From Lytechinus pictus (lineage: Eukaryota): a stretch of 64,000 nt of DNA. Below the pieces are notes generated by a model. It did no database searches. It saw only the letters and a program-made list of their open reading frames with translations, and was not told where the DNA came from. Positions within the stretch are counted from its first letter, which is position 1; every line of letters starts with the position of its first letter. The stretch is taken from positions 41,108,001-41,172,000 of the forward strand of contig NC_087251.1 of assembly GCF_037042905.1 (NCBI RefSeq), in the 5' to 3' direction. The translations under genes and the position numbers were made by a program. Of the stretch, positions 23,267-35,700 are shown one piece after another.

Positions 23267-24431
23267 TCAATAAAGTTTTACATCATTCAAGCTAAGGAAA
23301 TGCTCAGAAAAAAAGAAGAAAAAAGTTTGATATGATTAATTAATTCAGGACAGGTTTATTCCATGTAATAATTATTATACATGTAGTTCATTCACCAAAC
23401 AGGGTACTGTTTCCTATTAAAATTGAATGTCTTATATAGTAGTAGCTAACCTTGTGATTTTTAATTTCTGTTCACTTCATAAAAACATTATCAATGATAT
23501 AAAGAAAACCTGGTAAAAATGGAAATTTCATTCGTTTTGGTTGGGCTACAAAATGCATACAATTTAAAAGGAAAAAAAGGGTAATCAATGTGTTAATTAA
23601 ACTCATATGAACCCTGATTATGAATAGGAAATACATTTTTAATTTAATATAATTTATGATATCAAATTACCGTCTCACACAAGTTTCATTAAATTTAAAT
23701 AATTACCTTCAAAATAATGAAATAAAAGTTTCTTAAGGTAACTGATCTGAAATATTTGATGCAAAACTTAATATACAGAACTTATGTTTTCTAAATTATT
23801 TTGAAAGTTTTGAAGTTTATACCAACCCTCCGACTTCAAAATAATTGTTGAACTTGGCTTAGTGACCTCAAATCACATTAACCATTTGCCGAAACTTGAT
23901 AACCATTATATGAAAGTTAATGATTTAAACTTTCAAAATAATCTTTAAAAATATTAACCTTGGTTGAGTTTTTTCTTTTTTGAGACCACAAGAAGTTCAA
24001 TGACCCTGTTGACCTCTGACCTTGATAATGTGATCTGAAACTCATGCCAAACGATCAATGAAACTTAATTACCAAATTGTCAAATTTTCATAGAAACAGG
24101 TCCCTATACCTTCAAAGTTATGACATTTCATAAAACTGAACTTTCACTGAGATTACAATGTTGATCCTCCAACATCGGAAAATTTCAATGACCTTTGACC
24201 TTGACAATGTGATACGAAACATGTAATAAATGATATATAAATGATAAATATGTTTCTTTGATTTTTCTCTTTGATATGGATTCAGCTGGTTTCAAGGGTT
24301 TTATTCTCCTTTAATATGAAAAAAATGAAAACTGAAACATGCTTCTTTCAATTTCATAAATCAAAAGAATAATAGGCTGAACGCTAACAATGCGTTTGGC
24401 AAGAATTTCAATACAAATATGTTCTCATTAA

Positions 24432-25015
24432 AGGAGAATGAAACTCTTGGAGCAAGTTAGCTTTTGTGAAAGCAGAAAAAACAAAGAATAAGATCAACAA
24501 AAGTTTGAGTAAAATAGGACTAGCAATAGAAGAGTTATGAGCATTTGAATGTCGAGATCACTAATGCTATGGAGATCCTCCCATTGGCAATGCGACCAAG
24601 ATGTATGATGTCACAGATGAACAACTCTCCCCTTTTGGACACTGAAAATATACCCCAAAACATATCTTTTTGCTCATTCTAATCATATGACAAACGATTC
24701 ATCAATGATATAATGTTGTGAAACCTCTGTACTTGACCTCTCATTAAGAGAACACCTCACCTTGTGATAGACTCTGTAAAAGTGAGAATATATGTGAAAT
24801 AAGTACTGAAGTAATGAGGGAGTTGTACGTGTGTGACATCACAGATCTTGGTCGCATTGCCAATGGGAGGATCTACATGGCATTAGTGATCTCAATATTC
24901 AAATGCTCATAACTTTCTTATTATTCATTCAATCTTTCTCAAACTTTCAACAATATGTTTCTTTGATTTTTCTCTTTGATATGGATTCAGCTGGTTTCAA
25001 GGGTTTCATTCTCCT
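24432..25015. mobile_element. Kolobok/T2-type palindromic MITE
   Basis: TTAA|AGGAGAATGAAAC ... GTTTCATTCTCCT|TTAA. Confidence 0.9.
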
Positions 25016-26169
25016 TTAACAAACACGTGTATTCCAAAAGATTAAAAGTAAAAAGCTAGATTTATAGACAACTATTCCCCAGTGTCCTTTATATATCTAT
25101 GAATAGAAAGTGGATCTTTCTGATGACAGCTCCCTCTTACATTAGACAACATAGTTTCTTATAATTTTGAATTCATTGTCAATAATGCCAAACTTTCTTC
25201 GAAAGCCAAAATATCTCTCCCTTTCATGGAACCACCAACGATGTATTTATTTATAATACAAGTTTGTGGAGTAATAGCTTAACCTGCATTAAAATGATTG
25301 ACCTAATCACTCCAATACAAATCAAAGGCTGAATATATTGCCCACCATTAATTTCCGTTTCAAAATCCAGAAGCACTTCATTGATATGCATGGCATGTAA
25401 TGATCTTCTATCTATTCCAATACCCTCATTCAAAACAAAATAATAATTAGAATATAACTCTCAATTTATCAAGTTCTCGAGTATCAATAATACAATTCAT
25501 CAAAATTTTGCACAATCCTTGCATTTTTTCATGTATGTAGATCCTTTTAATCCCATTTTAAAGCTAGTAAAAATAATGAAAAATCTGTAAATGCATTGTC
25601 ATCTATTACTTCGAGCCAATACCCAGGCAGTAGGCTGAAATACATGTATCAAGCCACAAGATCAGTAAAACATTCATTTTCTTCTAATCACACACTGCTT
25701 CACATAAAATTCATAACTAAAATTATTTCAACACTTTAAATATACATGTATATATACCTACAAGTATTCAAGCAAACTTTACCTTTAAAAAACCCACAAA
25801 AGCTTCAAGGCAAATCAACTTAAGATTGGATTACTGTACACCAAGAATTTATAAAATCAACCTCTAAAAACTCTGGAAAATGCATTAAAATATGAAAGAT
25901 AAAAGATAGATGAACAGAAGGGGAGGGGGCATGGAAAAAGTGGGCTAAACATGTTCCTCATTAATATCTTATATGAAGACCACAATAGGATCATACTACA
26001 TAATGCCTAAAAACAGAATTATATACCGGTATATATCCTTGATAAAACAAACTCAACTCTCTATATAAAATTGATATTAAAAACCATTTGCACAATAGCC
26101 TATGAGAAAAAAAAATGTAGGCACTTGCTTATTATAACTCTCTTACTACATAACCTATTATTATACAAC

Positions 26170-26343
26170 CAGGGGTGTGAGTGGTCACAAATAAAACGAT
26201 CTGAAAAAAGCTGAAGAGTGTTGAAAAAATCTGAAATAGAAAGAGCTCCCATACTGTTTGTACAGAGGAAAGCCAAAAATAAGCTGAAAATCAAAACCAA
26301 AAAAATCTGAAATCAGATAAAAATCTGATCTCTCACACCCCTG
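26170..26343. mobile_element. hAT MITE
   Basis: CAGGGGTGTGAG...CTCACACCCCTG. Perfect 8-bp TSD TATACAAC. Confidence 0.85.
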
Positions 26344-27018
26344 TATACAACATATTTCACTATTTATTTGAAGGTGCCTGCACATATACAATTACTTGCT
26401 GTACTGATGTTGTAAAATGGAAAAAATAAGATGTATTATACAGGGGAAGTACACCTCAATGATATAGTTGATTTTAATAAAAGCAGAAAAATTACAGAAA
26501 AGTGAAAGTTGGATGAAAACCTGTAAAAGAATAATGATGGTTTTTCATCAAACCTTCTCTTATATTTTCTCAAATTTGTCTGCTTTTATTAAAACCAACT
26601 TGATGAACCCCCCCCCCCCTTTAAGTACTACATACCATCAGTAGTGAACATCACATAAAAAAATAAAAAAACTTGGAACAATGTCTATTTTATTGTATCA
26701 ATCTTTGGTGTCGAATATGAACAATATGAACATATAATGCTCTGCTATCATCATGCTAACATCTGTGCACTGAGGGGTGTTGCAAGGAAATATATGTAAT
26801 TAATTGCATATTTCTGGTGTTATTTTGCAATTAAATATAAGAAATTGATATTTACTTCTTGTTGGAAGAGGCAGACCAGCAATCAAATAAAAAAATTGCA
26901 ATTAATTGCCAGACTTGTGATCAATTTTGAAGCTCAAAATTTGACTTGCAAAATGACTGAGTTTCCTGCAACGCCCCCATGAAGTATCCCTATAGAGTCT
27001 CCAGCTTACTGTTTTCTA

Positions 27019-27293
27019 TGGGTGCATCGTGGTCTAGTGGTTCTGACTCTTGCCTTTGAAACAGAGGGTCGTGGGTTCGAATCCTAGCCATGGCGTGTTT
27101 TCCTCCAGCAAGAGATTTATCCACACTGTGCTGCACTCAACCCAGGTGAGGTGAATGGGTACCCGGGGCAGGAGTAATTCCTTGCATGCACTGAGCGCCG
27201 GTGATGGTAGCTCGAGCTAAAGCCGGGGTAATAATAGCAGCGCTTTGTATCCTCTGGCAAAAAGCACTTTATAAATCCAGCTATTATTATTAT
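27019..27293 (+). mobile_element. tRNA-derived SINE
   Basis: A box TGGTCTAGTGG, B box GGTTCGAATCC, central CAACCCAGGTG..AATGGGTACC, LINE-like tail ending (ATT)n. Confidence 0.9.
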
Positions 27294-27425
27294 TCTAAAT
27301 TGCAAATCTGATGTGCTGTGTTTTTTATGACATGTATAAAATGTATGATAAAGCAATTGTAAATATAGAGCACCTGTTGAACATAAAGTGTTCTTTCACA
27401 TGGGTGTCTAATGAAGTGTATGGCA

Positions 27426-27697
27426 CACTGGCGGATCCAGGGGGGGGGGGGGGGCAAAGCTGGCCCATGCCCCCCCCCCCTATAAGAAGCACAATTAAAA
27501 TTTGTAATGTGAAAATGCCATTAAAAGAGAAATGTGCCCCCCCCCCCCTTGAAAGTGAGGACCATTGCTTGTCAAATTTTTTCGTGGCAAAATACCCTTA
27601 AGTTTTTGTTAAAAACCTTTTTTATTTTTGCTTGCAAATTTTTCCTCGTGGAAAATGCCCCCCCCCCCCCTTTTGGGAAATCCTGTCTCCGCCCCTG
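27426..27697. mobile_element. hAT MITE
   Basis: CACTGGCGGATCCAGG...CCGCCCCTG. Perfect TSD GTATGGCA at 27418-27425 and 27698-27705. Confidence 0.82.
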
Positions 27698-27989
27698 GTA
27701 TGGCACAATAGTAAACGGACATAATAAACACTCTTAACATGATTGAGCCAAAGATTTTACACTAATGCATTATTGGATTTTGTTTTAGTTTCATGATTTT
27801 TTTTGTGCAAGTGCATTTGGTAATCAAATTGTGTTGGCATGTTTTCTATATTGCAGAGAAACCTAGGGACTTTGATTATGCTAGTTACACCATGAAGTTC
27901 ATTTTTATTAAACAATACTAATAATAACAATGTCATTTTTATCCAGTGTAGCCTCTTCAGTTCTGAAAATGAGCGAGCCCTGCTTAACA

Positions 27990-28208
27990 TATTATTACCC
28001 TGGCTTTAGCACGGCTACCCTAATCGAGCACTCAAGCATACGTGTACAACAAATTTCTTCCCACTGGGTACCCATTCACCTCACCTGGGTTGAGTGCAGC
28101 ACAATGTGGGTAAATTTCTTGCTGAAGGAAAACACAAAATGACTTGGAATCGAACCCATGTCCCTCAGATTAAAACGAGTCATATCCACACGACCACGAT
28201 GCCCCCAT
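27990..28208 (-). mobile_element. tRNA-derived SINE (same family as 27019, inverted)
   Basis: Reverse complement of the head (GGTTCGATTCC) and core (GGTACCCATTCACCTCACCTGGGTTGAGTGCAGC). Confidence 0.85.
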
Positions 28209-28414
28209 ACCTAATTTAGAAACAATATGATGACTCGATTATATTAAGGATTCGACTTCAAATTTGTGTTTTATTGTAGGATGTCACCGTGTCTGCATTA
28301 GGCTTACAGGTGGTCAACATACAGTCATTCATTCTCAGAACTCACCCTTTCATTACAAAGCCGGTTTGACATCTTACTGTTTGTATGACTGCATTCTTCT
28401 ACTTCTCTGTCATT

Positions 28415-28677
28415 GGTGCCGTCTTACAAAGAGATGTGATTGATCTGATCAACCACAACTATGGAAAGCCAGCAATCCCAACATCTAAAATGCATATGTG
28501 TCCGTTCAAAGTGTTTTTTTTTTTTAATTTATATTCATGTATGCACAATTGTAATGACAATTAAGTGTGTTCCTCAGTGTTTGTAAGGAGACAATATGCA
28601 AATTTCCTTTATGAAAAATTATGACATATGTGGATTACCATAGTTGCAGTAACAACTATTTGTAAGAAAGGGCCGGG
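28415..28677. mobile_element. PIF/Harbinger-like MITE (family also at about 42129-42401 and 61967-62235)
   Basis: GG.CCGTCTTACAAAGAG ... TTGTAAGA..GGGCC termini, with shared internal sequence across three copies. Confidence 0.65.
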
Positions 28678-29222
28678 ATGCACAGATTATCACCTAGTTA
28701 CCCAATGCAATCCTTCACTCTGTTTCTTCTACAGTGATATGGCAAGCACTGGGTACAACAGCTTATCAGAAATATATGTATTTTTTTATATAGGTATAAG
28801 CAATACTGTTCACAATAAAAGATGACTTAACCAAGTCTTCAATTCAATAAAGCATTACAGATAACTTGAAGGATTATTTGGAATGAAAACAAAACCTGAT
28901 AACTGTGTATAGCACAACTGACTTAGGATGAATCTACAATACTGTTTTTTTCCACTGGCCAAACCCAATATCTGTACTTTAGAAAAAGCGCCATGAGATC
29001 CAAACACTCAAAGCACATCAAAATTGAATTCATCACTCATTACATTTCTTTTTAAGTTAAATGACAGCCATGTCATTTATTCATAAGCAAACAAAGTATT
29101 GGAACCAATTTAAAGCTGAAACACCGGTTTCAAACAGCTGTGATGGCACAGGCCAGTTCTTGAAGTGACCCCTGACTCATATCAGTAAAAAAATTGTTCT
29201 GCATATATAAATAATGAAACTG

Positions 29223-29713
29223 TTAAGATGACTTGTAACTACGTTTCCTGAGGATACCAGAGGTTGGTTGTGGACCGGCAACATTCTCTTTAACATCGGT
29301 GACTTCATCTTTATCCTCCTGCTCCTCACACCCTTCCTTTGAACAGTAGACCTCCTCCTTATCATCGTCCAATCCAGGGGGAGGATCCTCACTGGTGCTA
29401 CTTGTTGTTGCATCTGAATACCCTGATAAACTGTCATCACCTTTGAGTGTTTCAACATTCTGCTCCCCTCCCTTCTGATTGGACTCGTCGCTACTGATCC
29501 CTGAGCTAGGTGCCTCCAGTTGAGCATTACCTTCGGTCAGGTCTCCGGGGGTTCTTGATGATCTCTTCCGGATGTTCCTCTGAGGGCTCTTTCCGGGGGA
29601 CGATGGACGGGCAGAGGTTCCCGGTTGGCTGATAGATGGTGATGGACTGATCTGTGCCTGAGGATCTAATGGGTCTATGATGGTCACATGGGCTGGACGA
29701 TTTCTGAACAATG
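29223..29713 (-). CDS. BSCL2: Seipin last coding exon (acidic/disordered C-terminal tail)
   Basis: caacag| (A)LFRNRPAHV...SGILRKRSYKSS-TAA. Long open frame whose phase matches the exon 7 donor. Ends with a basic LRKR motif. Confidence 0.82.
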
Positions 29714-32700
29714 CTGTTGATAAAAAATAAATTAATAAACAAAAATGTACTACCCATCCACTTCAATAAACATTCAATGAGCTGTTCTGTATGGTATATG
29801 CTAATTTACAGAGATAAAGATATGCATAAAATAACAAGAATGGGGTGTTATTGGCAACAGTGACAAGATAACTACTGAAATAGAGCCAATAGATCTATAA
29901 GCTGTTACTTCCGCATAAAACAGATATAATAACAATATTTAGTTCTTGTATGAAGGTGACCTGCCACTCCAAAACACACAATGATTTTCCCCAAAGTATT
30001 TGTAATGTTTTATGCATCAAGCTTGAAAAAGCACAATTTAACATTTAAGATAAACAATTTTTCCAAATTAACCAACAATAACCCACTCTGCTATTTCACA
30101 GAATGTATATGAAATTCAGTGAGAGATTCAACGAATATAAATTGAAGTTTATTTATTTATTATTTATTTATTTATTCATTTCGTTTTGTTAACCCAGGGT
30201 AACCCCATCAGTGGACTTAGCACTGTTTTTCTTGGGGGCCTTGCATACAAGTAACAAATACATACATATATTAAATACAAACAATGAAAAAGTATCAAAC
30301 AAGGAAGAAAATATGTTCAAAGAGACAAGCAACCTGCAAGACATACACACAGACATACTGAAATACATGTGTGTATGTAGAACAGTTATGTAGTTTGGGG
30401 TTCACTCAAGCATAAGATGTGCACAATGTGCAATCTCAGTGAAACTTCCAAGCAGTCCAGAAAAAAATGGTTTCACAGACACTATTGATAAACTATTATT
30501 TTACTTTACAAATTCAAATTTTGGCAGAATGAGGATATTGAATAACTCTTTCAGATAATCCAATTTTCTCATTTTCACTTTTTGAAAGCAAGTTATTGTT
30601 TTGGATATCTTCCCTGGCGACTTGTTTGTTTTGAGGATGGCAGGTCGCATATTGCATACTAGGGCATTTTCACCACAGATGGACACAGAGGCAAAAAAAT
30701 CAAGTTTATATTCATGTCAAATGCTTTATGGTTTTTAATAAAACAAGACCTGAAGTTTCTGAGACAAAAATTTTTCCGACTCTGGCAGCCATTTTTTATT
30801 TCAAAATGGCTGCCAAAGTATGGATACAAATTAGTGTTGAAAATAGTATATTGATACATATTTTGTTTTGACAGATTTTTAAAGAACAGGTTTGATCATG
30901 ATGTTTTCGCCTGAGATTTAGCTTGCTATTATAACACTTTTTAAAATCCCACAGAAAGAAACACCAGTAATTCATTCATCTGATAAAAAAACATTGATAA
31001 AGTATGTGATATGGTATGTAATGTCAGTTACCGAAAACATGAACTTTTTTTCTTATTTCCTGGAAAAGAGGATATATTATATGAAACTTGGTAGATTTCC
31101 TCTCTAGGTAACACCCCTCCCTTCTGCACCAAAATTAAAGATTAAGAATTAACAATGAAGCCATAGGGTACCATTAAATATATGTAATGTCAGTTACCAA
31201 GTGGAAAATGTAATGTCAGTTACCGAGATGTAATGTCAGTTACCATGATAAAACGTTGGTTACCAATATTGAAATGCAAATATGTGGTCAATTTTAGGGT
31301 GAAGAAATATTGTATACTTGTTATTAAGTCTTTCACTTTAAAAGTCTCACAAGAAGGAGCTTGCTATTGACTTTTAAAAGGTATATTTCACAAGGAATAC
31401 TATATGAAATTATGAAGGAAGTTGCATTCCCATCGTGCAAAAAAAAATTACTATGAAATTGTTTTGTACATGCACTTTAATACCAAGTACCTAATTGTTT
31501 GTATCAGACAATTTTTTGTTTGGTTTTCAGGGGGGGGGGTAGGGGGTACTTTTCCCAACCTATTGCCTAAATATGCAAAAAAAATTAAGCTTAACATTGT
31601 GATGAAGGGGATTTCCAGGGTCCCTTTTTTAGTTTCCAGGATTCTTTTGAGCATTGCCTCGCTAAAAGTAAATTCCTGGTTTTTATACAGGTGTGGATGT
31701 GTGATACAATTTTGTTTTTGGTTTACAAGTATAGATGAAAAGTGAAATTTGACAGTTCAGATCAATGTTGCATGGATCTACTAAAACTGTTTTTTTTTTT
31801 TTAATTTACAAATAGTTCAGTATCAGCTTAGAAGCTGGAGTTTATTTTTTGTTGACAGGTTAAAAAAGAAATTAGCAAAGAAAATGATTAAACAAATTAT
31901 GAAGAGAATTGAAATCCGACAGATATGAACAAGCATTGCTTGGACTGACCAGAATAGAAATCAATAAAACTACATGGCTGCATGAGATTCGGGGGAGGGG
32001 TACGTGTAGCCTAGGGGAGGAGACCCTTATTCATTTTGCCTTTTTTGAGGGGAGGGGGAGGTTGGAGAAGGAAAAGGTTTAAAAAGTCAATATAAACTGA
32101 TGAATATATATTATGGGTGTATAGTCAGAAAAATCCATGTGTACAGTCAATGCAATATTAAATTACTATAGGAAAACATGTAGCTGCTATGACCCCCCCC
32201 CCCCCCCCGAGTAAGTAAAACATACATTTCTTATCTTTTGATAATTAAAAATGTGAAATATTATGAAACTTTTATTATTTTAAAAAGCCTTACATATATT
32301 AAGTACCAAGAAAATTATGCCCCTGAAAATCATATAGCACTGGTAAATGTTAATATGTATTGTCAGTTACCGACAAGTAATGATAAAAATGTTCAAGAAA
32401 GGAATTAAGAAATTTTTTTTTTTTTTTCATTGAAATGTTCCTAGAAACTCGGGTATACTTCCACATCAAGCTCACTTTCATGTGAAGCCCTGCACAGAAG
32501 ATACAATGCAATGATTCCACACATTTGACTTCCATGTGTTATCTCTATGGCAAATTAAGTGTAATGTCAGTTACCGTAATGTCAGTTACCAGCATGGTTG
32601 TGGAAAAATTATCATAGCCCCCAAAAGACAAAAACAAATTGTTTAATATTTTGACACATCTTAACCTAGTAACGGAGGTATATTTGCATATTCAAATTAT

Positions 32701-35700
32701 TACTCTATCTACTCAGGGACATGAGATATTTCAATTTTAATGAACACCCTGAAATTGCATGTCTTTTTGCATAATGTCAGTTACCGACACATTTTTGCTT
32801 GCTGATGCGTAAAAAAATGTGGTTACTTAGGAAAACTTAGTATCAGAGTATACAGCAAGGTTCCCTTTATTAACTCTATCAAAAGCAAACTCCCATCATT
32901 TGTTGTTTTAGAGGTACACACAATGAAAGGTGTGAAAACATTGTGCCGTGTAATGTCAGTTACCGTGAAAATGCCCACAACGTTATATTTTAATGTCTCC
33001 ATGTGCTTCCAAATGGACTCTTGGATATTACAAGCTAACAAATGATGAGATTTGACATTCAAACTTGTTAACGTTTATTTTAGATCGTCAGGAACTGATT
33101 TTTGGGTGAATAGTTTTTTTTTTAATTAATGAAGAATTCACCAGCTATTCTCCACTATCTATTTTTTTTTCAAAACACTTTAATAGCAGCGAATGCTTGC
33201 AAACTTGGCAAATTCAGATTTTGTCAGGGTTCAAAATAAGTTGTAAAAGGTAAAAAACGATTGCAAGGAATTTCACAAATAGTTTTCATTGTCGCAAGCA
33301 GTTTTTCTTGGCAAGGAAATTTCAATGCGAGCTTTTGCGAAACAGTCATGTGCATTTGCAGTTGGTTGTAGGACTGTTGCTGAAGTTCTCTTTTATTTAT
33401 AAATAATAGCGCCAAATGATCATATCGCTCCTGTATAAAATCATCCTACAATGTACATTTGCAAACATATTTTTGTCAATTTTAAAGCAGTTTACAATAA
33501 AATTTGTTATCATTTGTAAGAGTTTGCAAAAAAAGTTGGCGAATCCATATTTGGCTACGTTCATTAGTATTCATAAGCCTTCCACCTGTAGACGCAATGA
33601 CAATGACAAACCTGATCTTTCCTCTCCCATATTCTGTCTGGCCATCCTCCTTCTTTCTTCATAAGTAAGCACAGACGTGTTGGGTACTTCTCTCTCCTCT
33701 AGACTAGGCTCATCTATCAAGAACCCAACGCACTGCTGCCACATCATCATTGACAACACCGTCAGGAAACAGAAATTGGCGATGACACTGACTAAGGCTG
33801 AACTTACCGGCCAATAGAACATCAGGTACCTGGTAAACCACACATACAAAAGTCATCTAACAGTTGATTCTATCTAAAGGAACAAATGAAATGTCATAAC
33901 TTCCTTATTTTACATCTTACTTTGATGAAATTTTCAGTGTTATGCTTTATCTGATTGTTTTCTTTTATCCAAATCAACTATTTGTTGGGGTGGACTTGTT
34001 CTTTTTAATAGAATTGTCTGAAAAAAGTTTCCTCATTGCTGTAGAGAATATTTTCTCTGCAAAAGAAGGTTGCAACTTTTGTCCAAACTCTGAAATAGAG
34101 CTTTTACTGAACCATCGAGCAGGTAAATATTTTATTTGAATGTTAGTTGAATATCACCATCAAAATATTACCTATTAAAAGATATATCACTGAGTCAGAA
34201 ATTCATAATACACGGTATAATCAATATGAGCTGCGATTCCGTGAGAGCAGGGAAGTGGGAAATGAAAGTAAGGTTTTCATCATTGCTTGTCCATGAAAAG
34301 CAAGTATTTGGGTACCAACTTTAAAACGAAGTTCTGAGTTGGTTTCAAGCATACAGAGCAGCATTTGTAATCAATAAAGTCATAAACGTCAATATTTTGT
34401 TCATATTGTGTTACCATGATATATCATAAAACAGTTATTGAATATTCAATAATTTTAATATCGCATTATTTTGTAAATATCAAAATATCGCCCAGCACTA
34501 CTGAACTGTCCTTAATAGTAACAAGGAGATGAGCAAAAAGCAATATGTTATAATCATAAAATTCTTCAGGAAATAAAACAAACAATTAAAAAAAAGGAAA
34601 ATCTTACCGTAATCCTGTAAACTGTGCATGTACTTTGAGAACGACCGCATACAGTTCGATCTTTTTAGCTCTCACCTCAAGTCCAATTTTGATTGTTGGT
34701 TTGTACTGAATATCAATAGAAACAATATTACTGTATCATACAGAAAATATAAATCCTCAAGGGATCAAGTCTTAGTTTTATTGTTGGTTTGTACTGAATA
34801 TCAACAGAAACAACAATGTTGTCAAGAACTTTTACAAATTATCAAGGGATCTAGTAATATATTTTGATTGCTGTTTGTACTGAATATCATAACAATGATA
34901 AATGAAAATAACATTATAGATTTAATAATAATAATAATAAACATGAACTTCATAGTGCAAATAACATTGATATCCTGACATCTTTCACACATCTCTGTAA
35001 CATCTTACTACTCACAGATTAATAGAGTACACAAACTATTCACCAAAGTATATACTCTACTGCATTATTCAAGACTTCTAAAATGCTTGTTATTCAATGT
35101 GTTTTTAGTTTTGATTTGAAGTTGTTTACCGAAGGTGTTTTCCTGATTTCCAGTGGTAAGCTATTCCTGAGATTCGGAGCTACACAAAAAAATGTTCAAT
35201 CACCTAGTGTACATATATCTCCTATTTGGAAAGATAGGATCTGTAATTTCAAGCATGCAATCTGTTGGAGCAAGTTGCAAGTTTGTTGACTAGTTTTATA
35301 ACTTACACGTACATGTAACAACTCTGTGACAAAAGCTTGACCAATAAAGTACTTTTTATACAATTTGTAAGATTTTTGAAGGTTATATCCTGGGCCCCGC
35401 AACACAAAGGTTAGTGATTAATTGCTAAATTAAAGGGATGGTCCAGGCTGGGAATATTTATATGTCAATAAATAGAGTAAAATTCACAGAGCAAAATGCT
35501 GAAAATTTGATCAAAATCGGATAACAAATAACAAAGTTATTGAATTTTAAAGATTTGCATTATTCCGGTGAAACAGTTCTAGGCATGTCTTTATGAATAT
35601 TCATTAGGTGGGCTGATGTCATATCCCCACTTGTTCTTTTGTATTTTATTATATGAAATTAGCTTTATTCAAAATTTTTTTACCAAGAACTAAAACAATT

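Noticed and set aside
33586..33611. Alternative BSCL2 exon 7 donor (CAG|GTGGAA at 33586)
   Set aside because: It is phase 0 and would put the last exon in a frame ending at 29527. The phase 1 donor at 33612 gives the long open frame.
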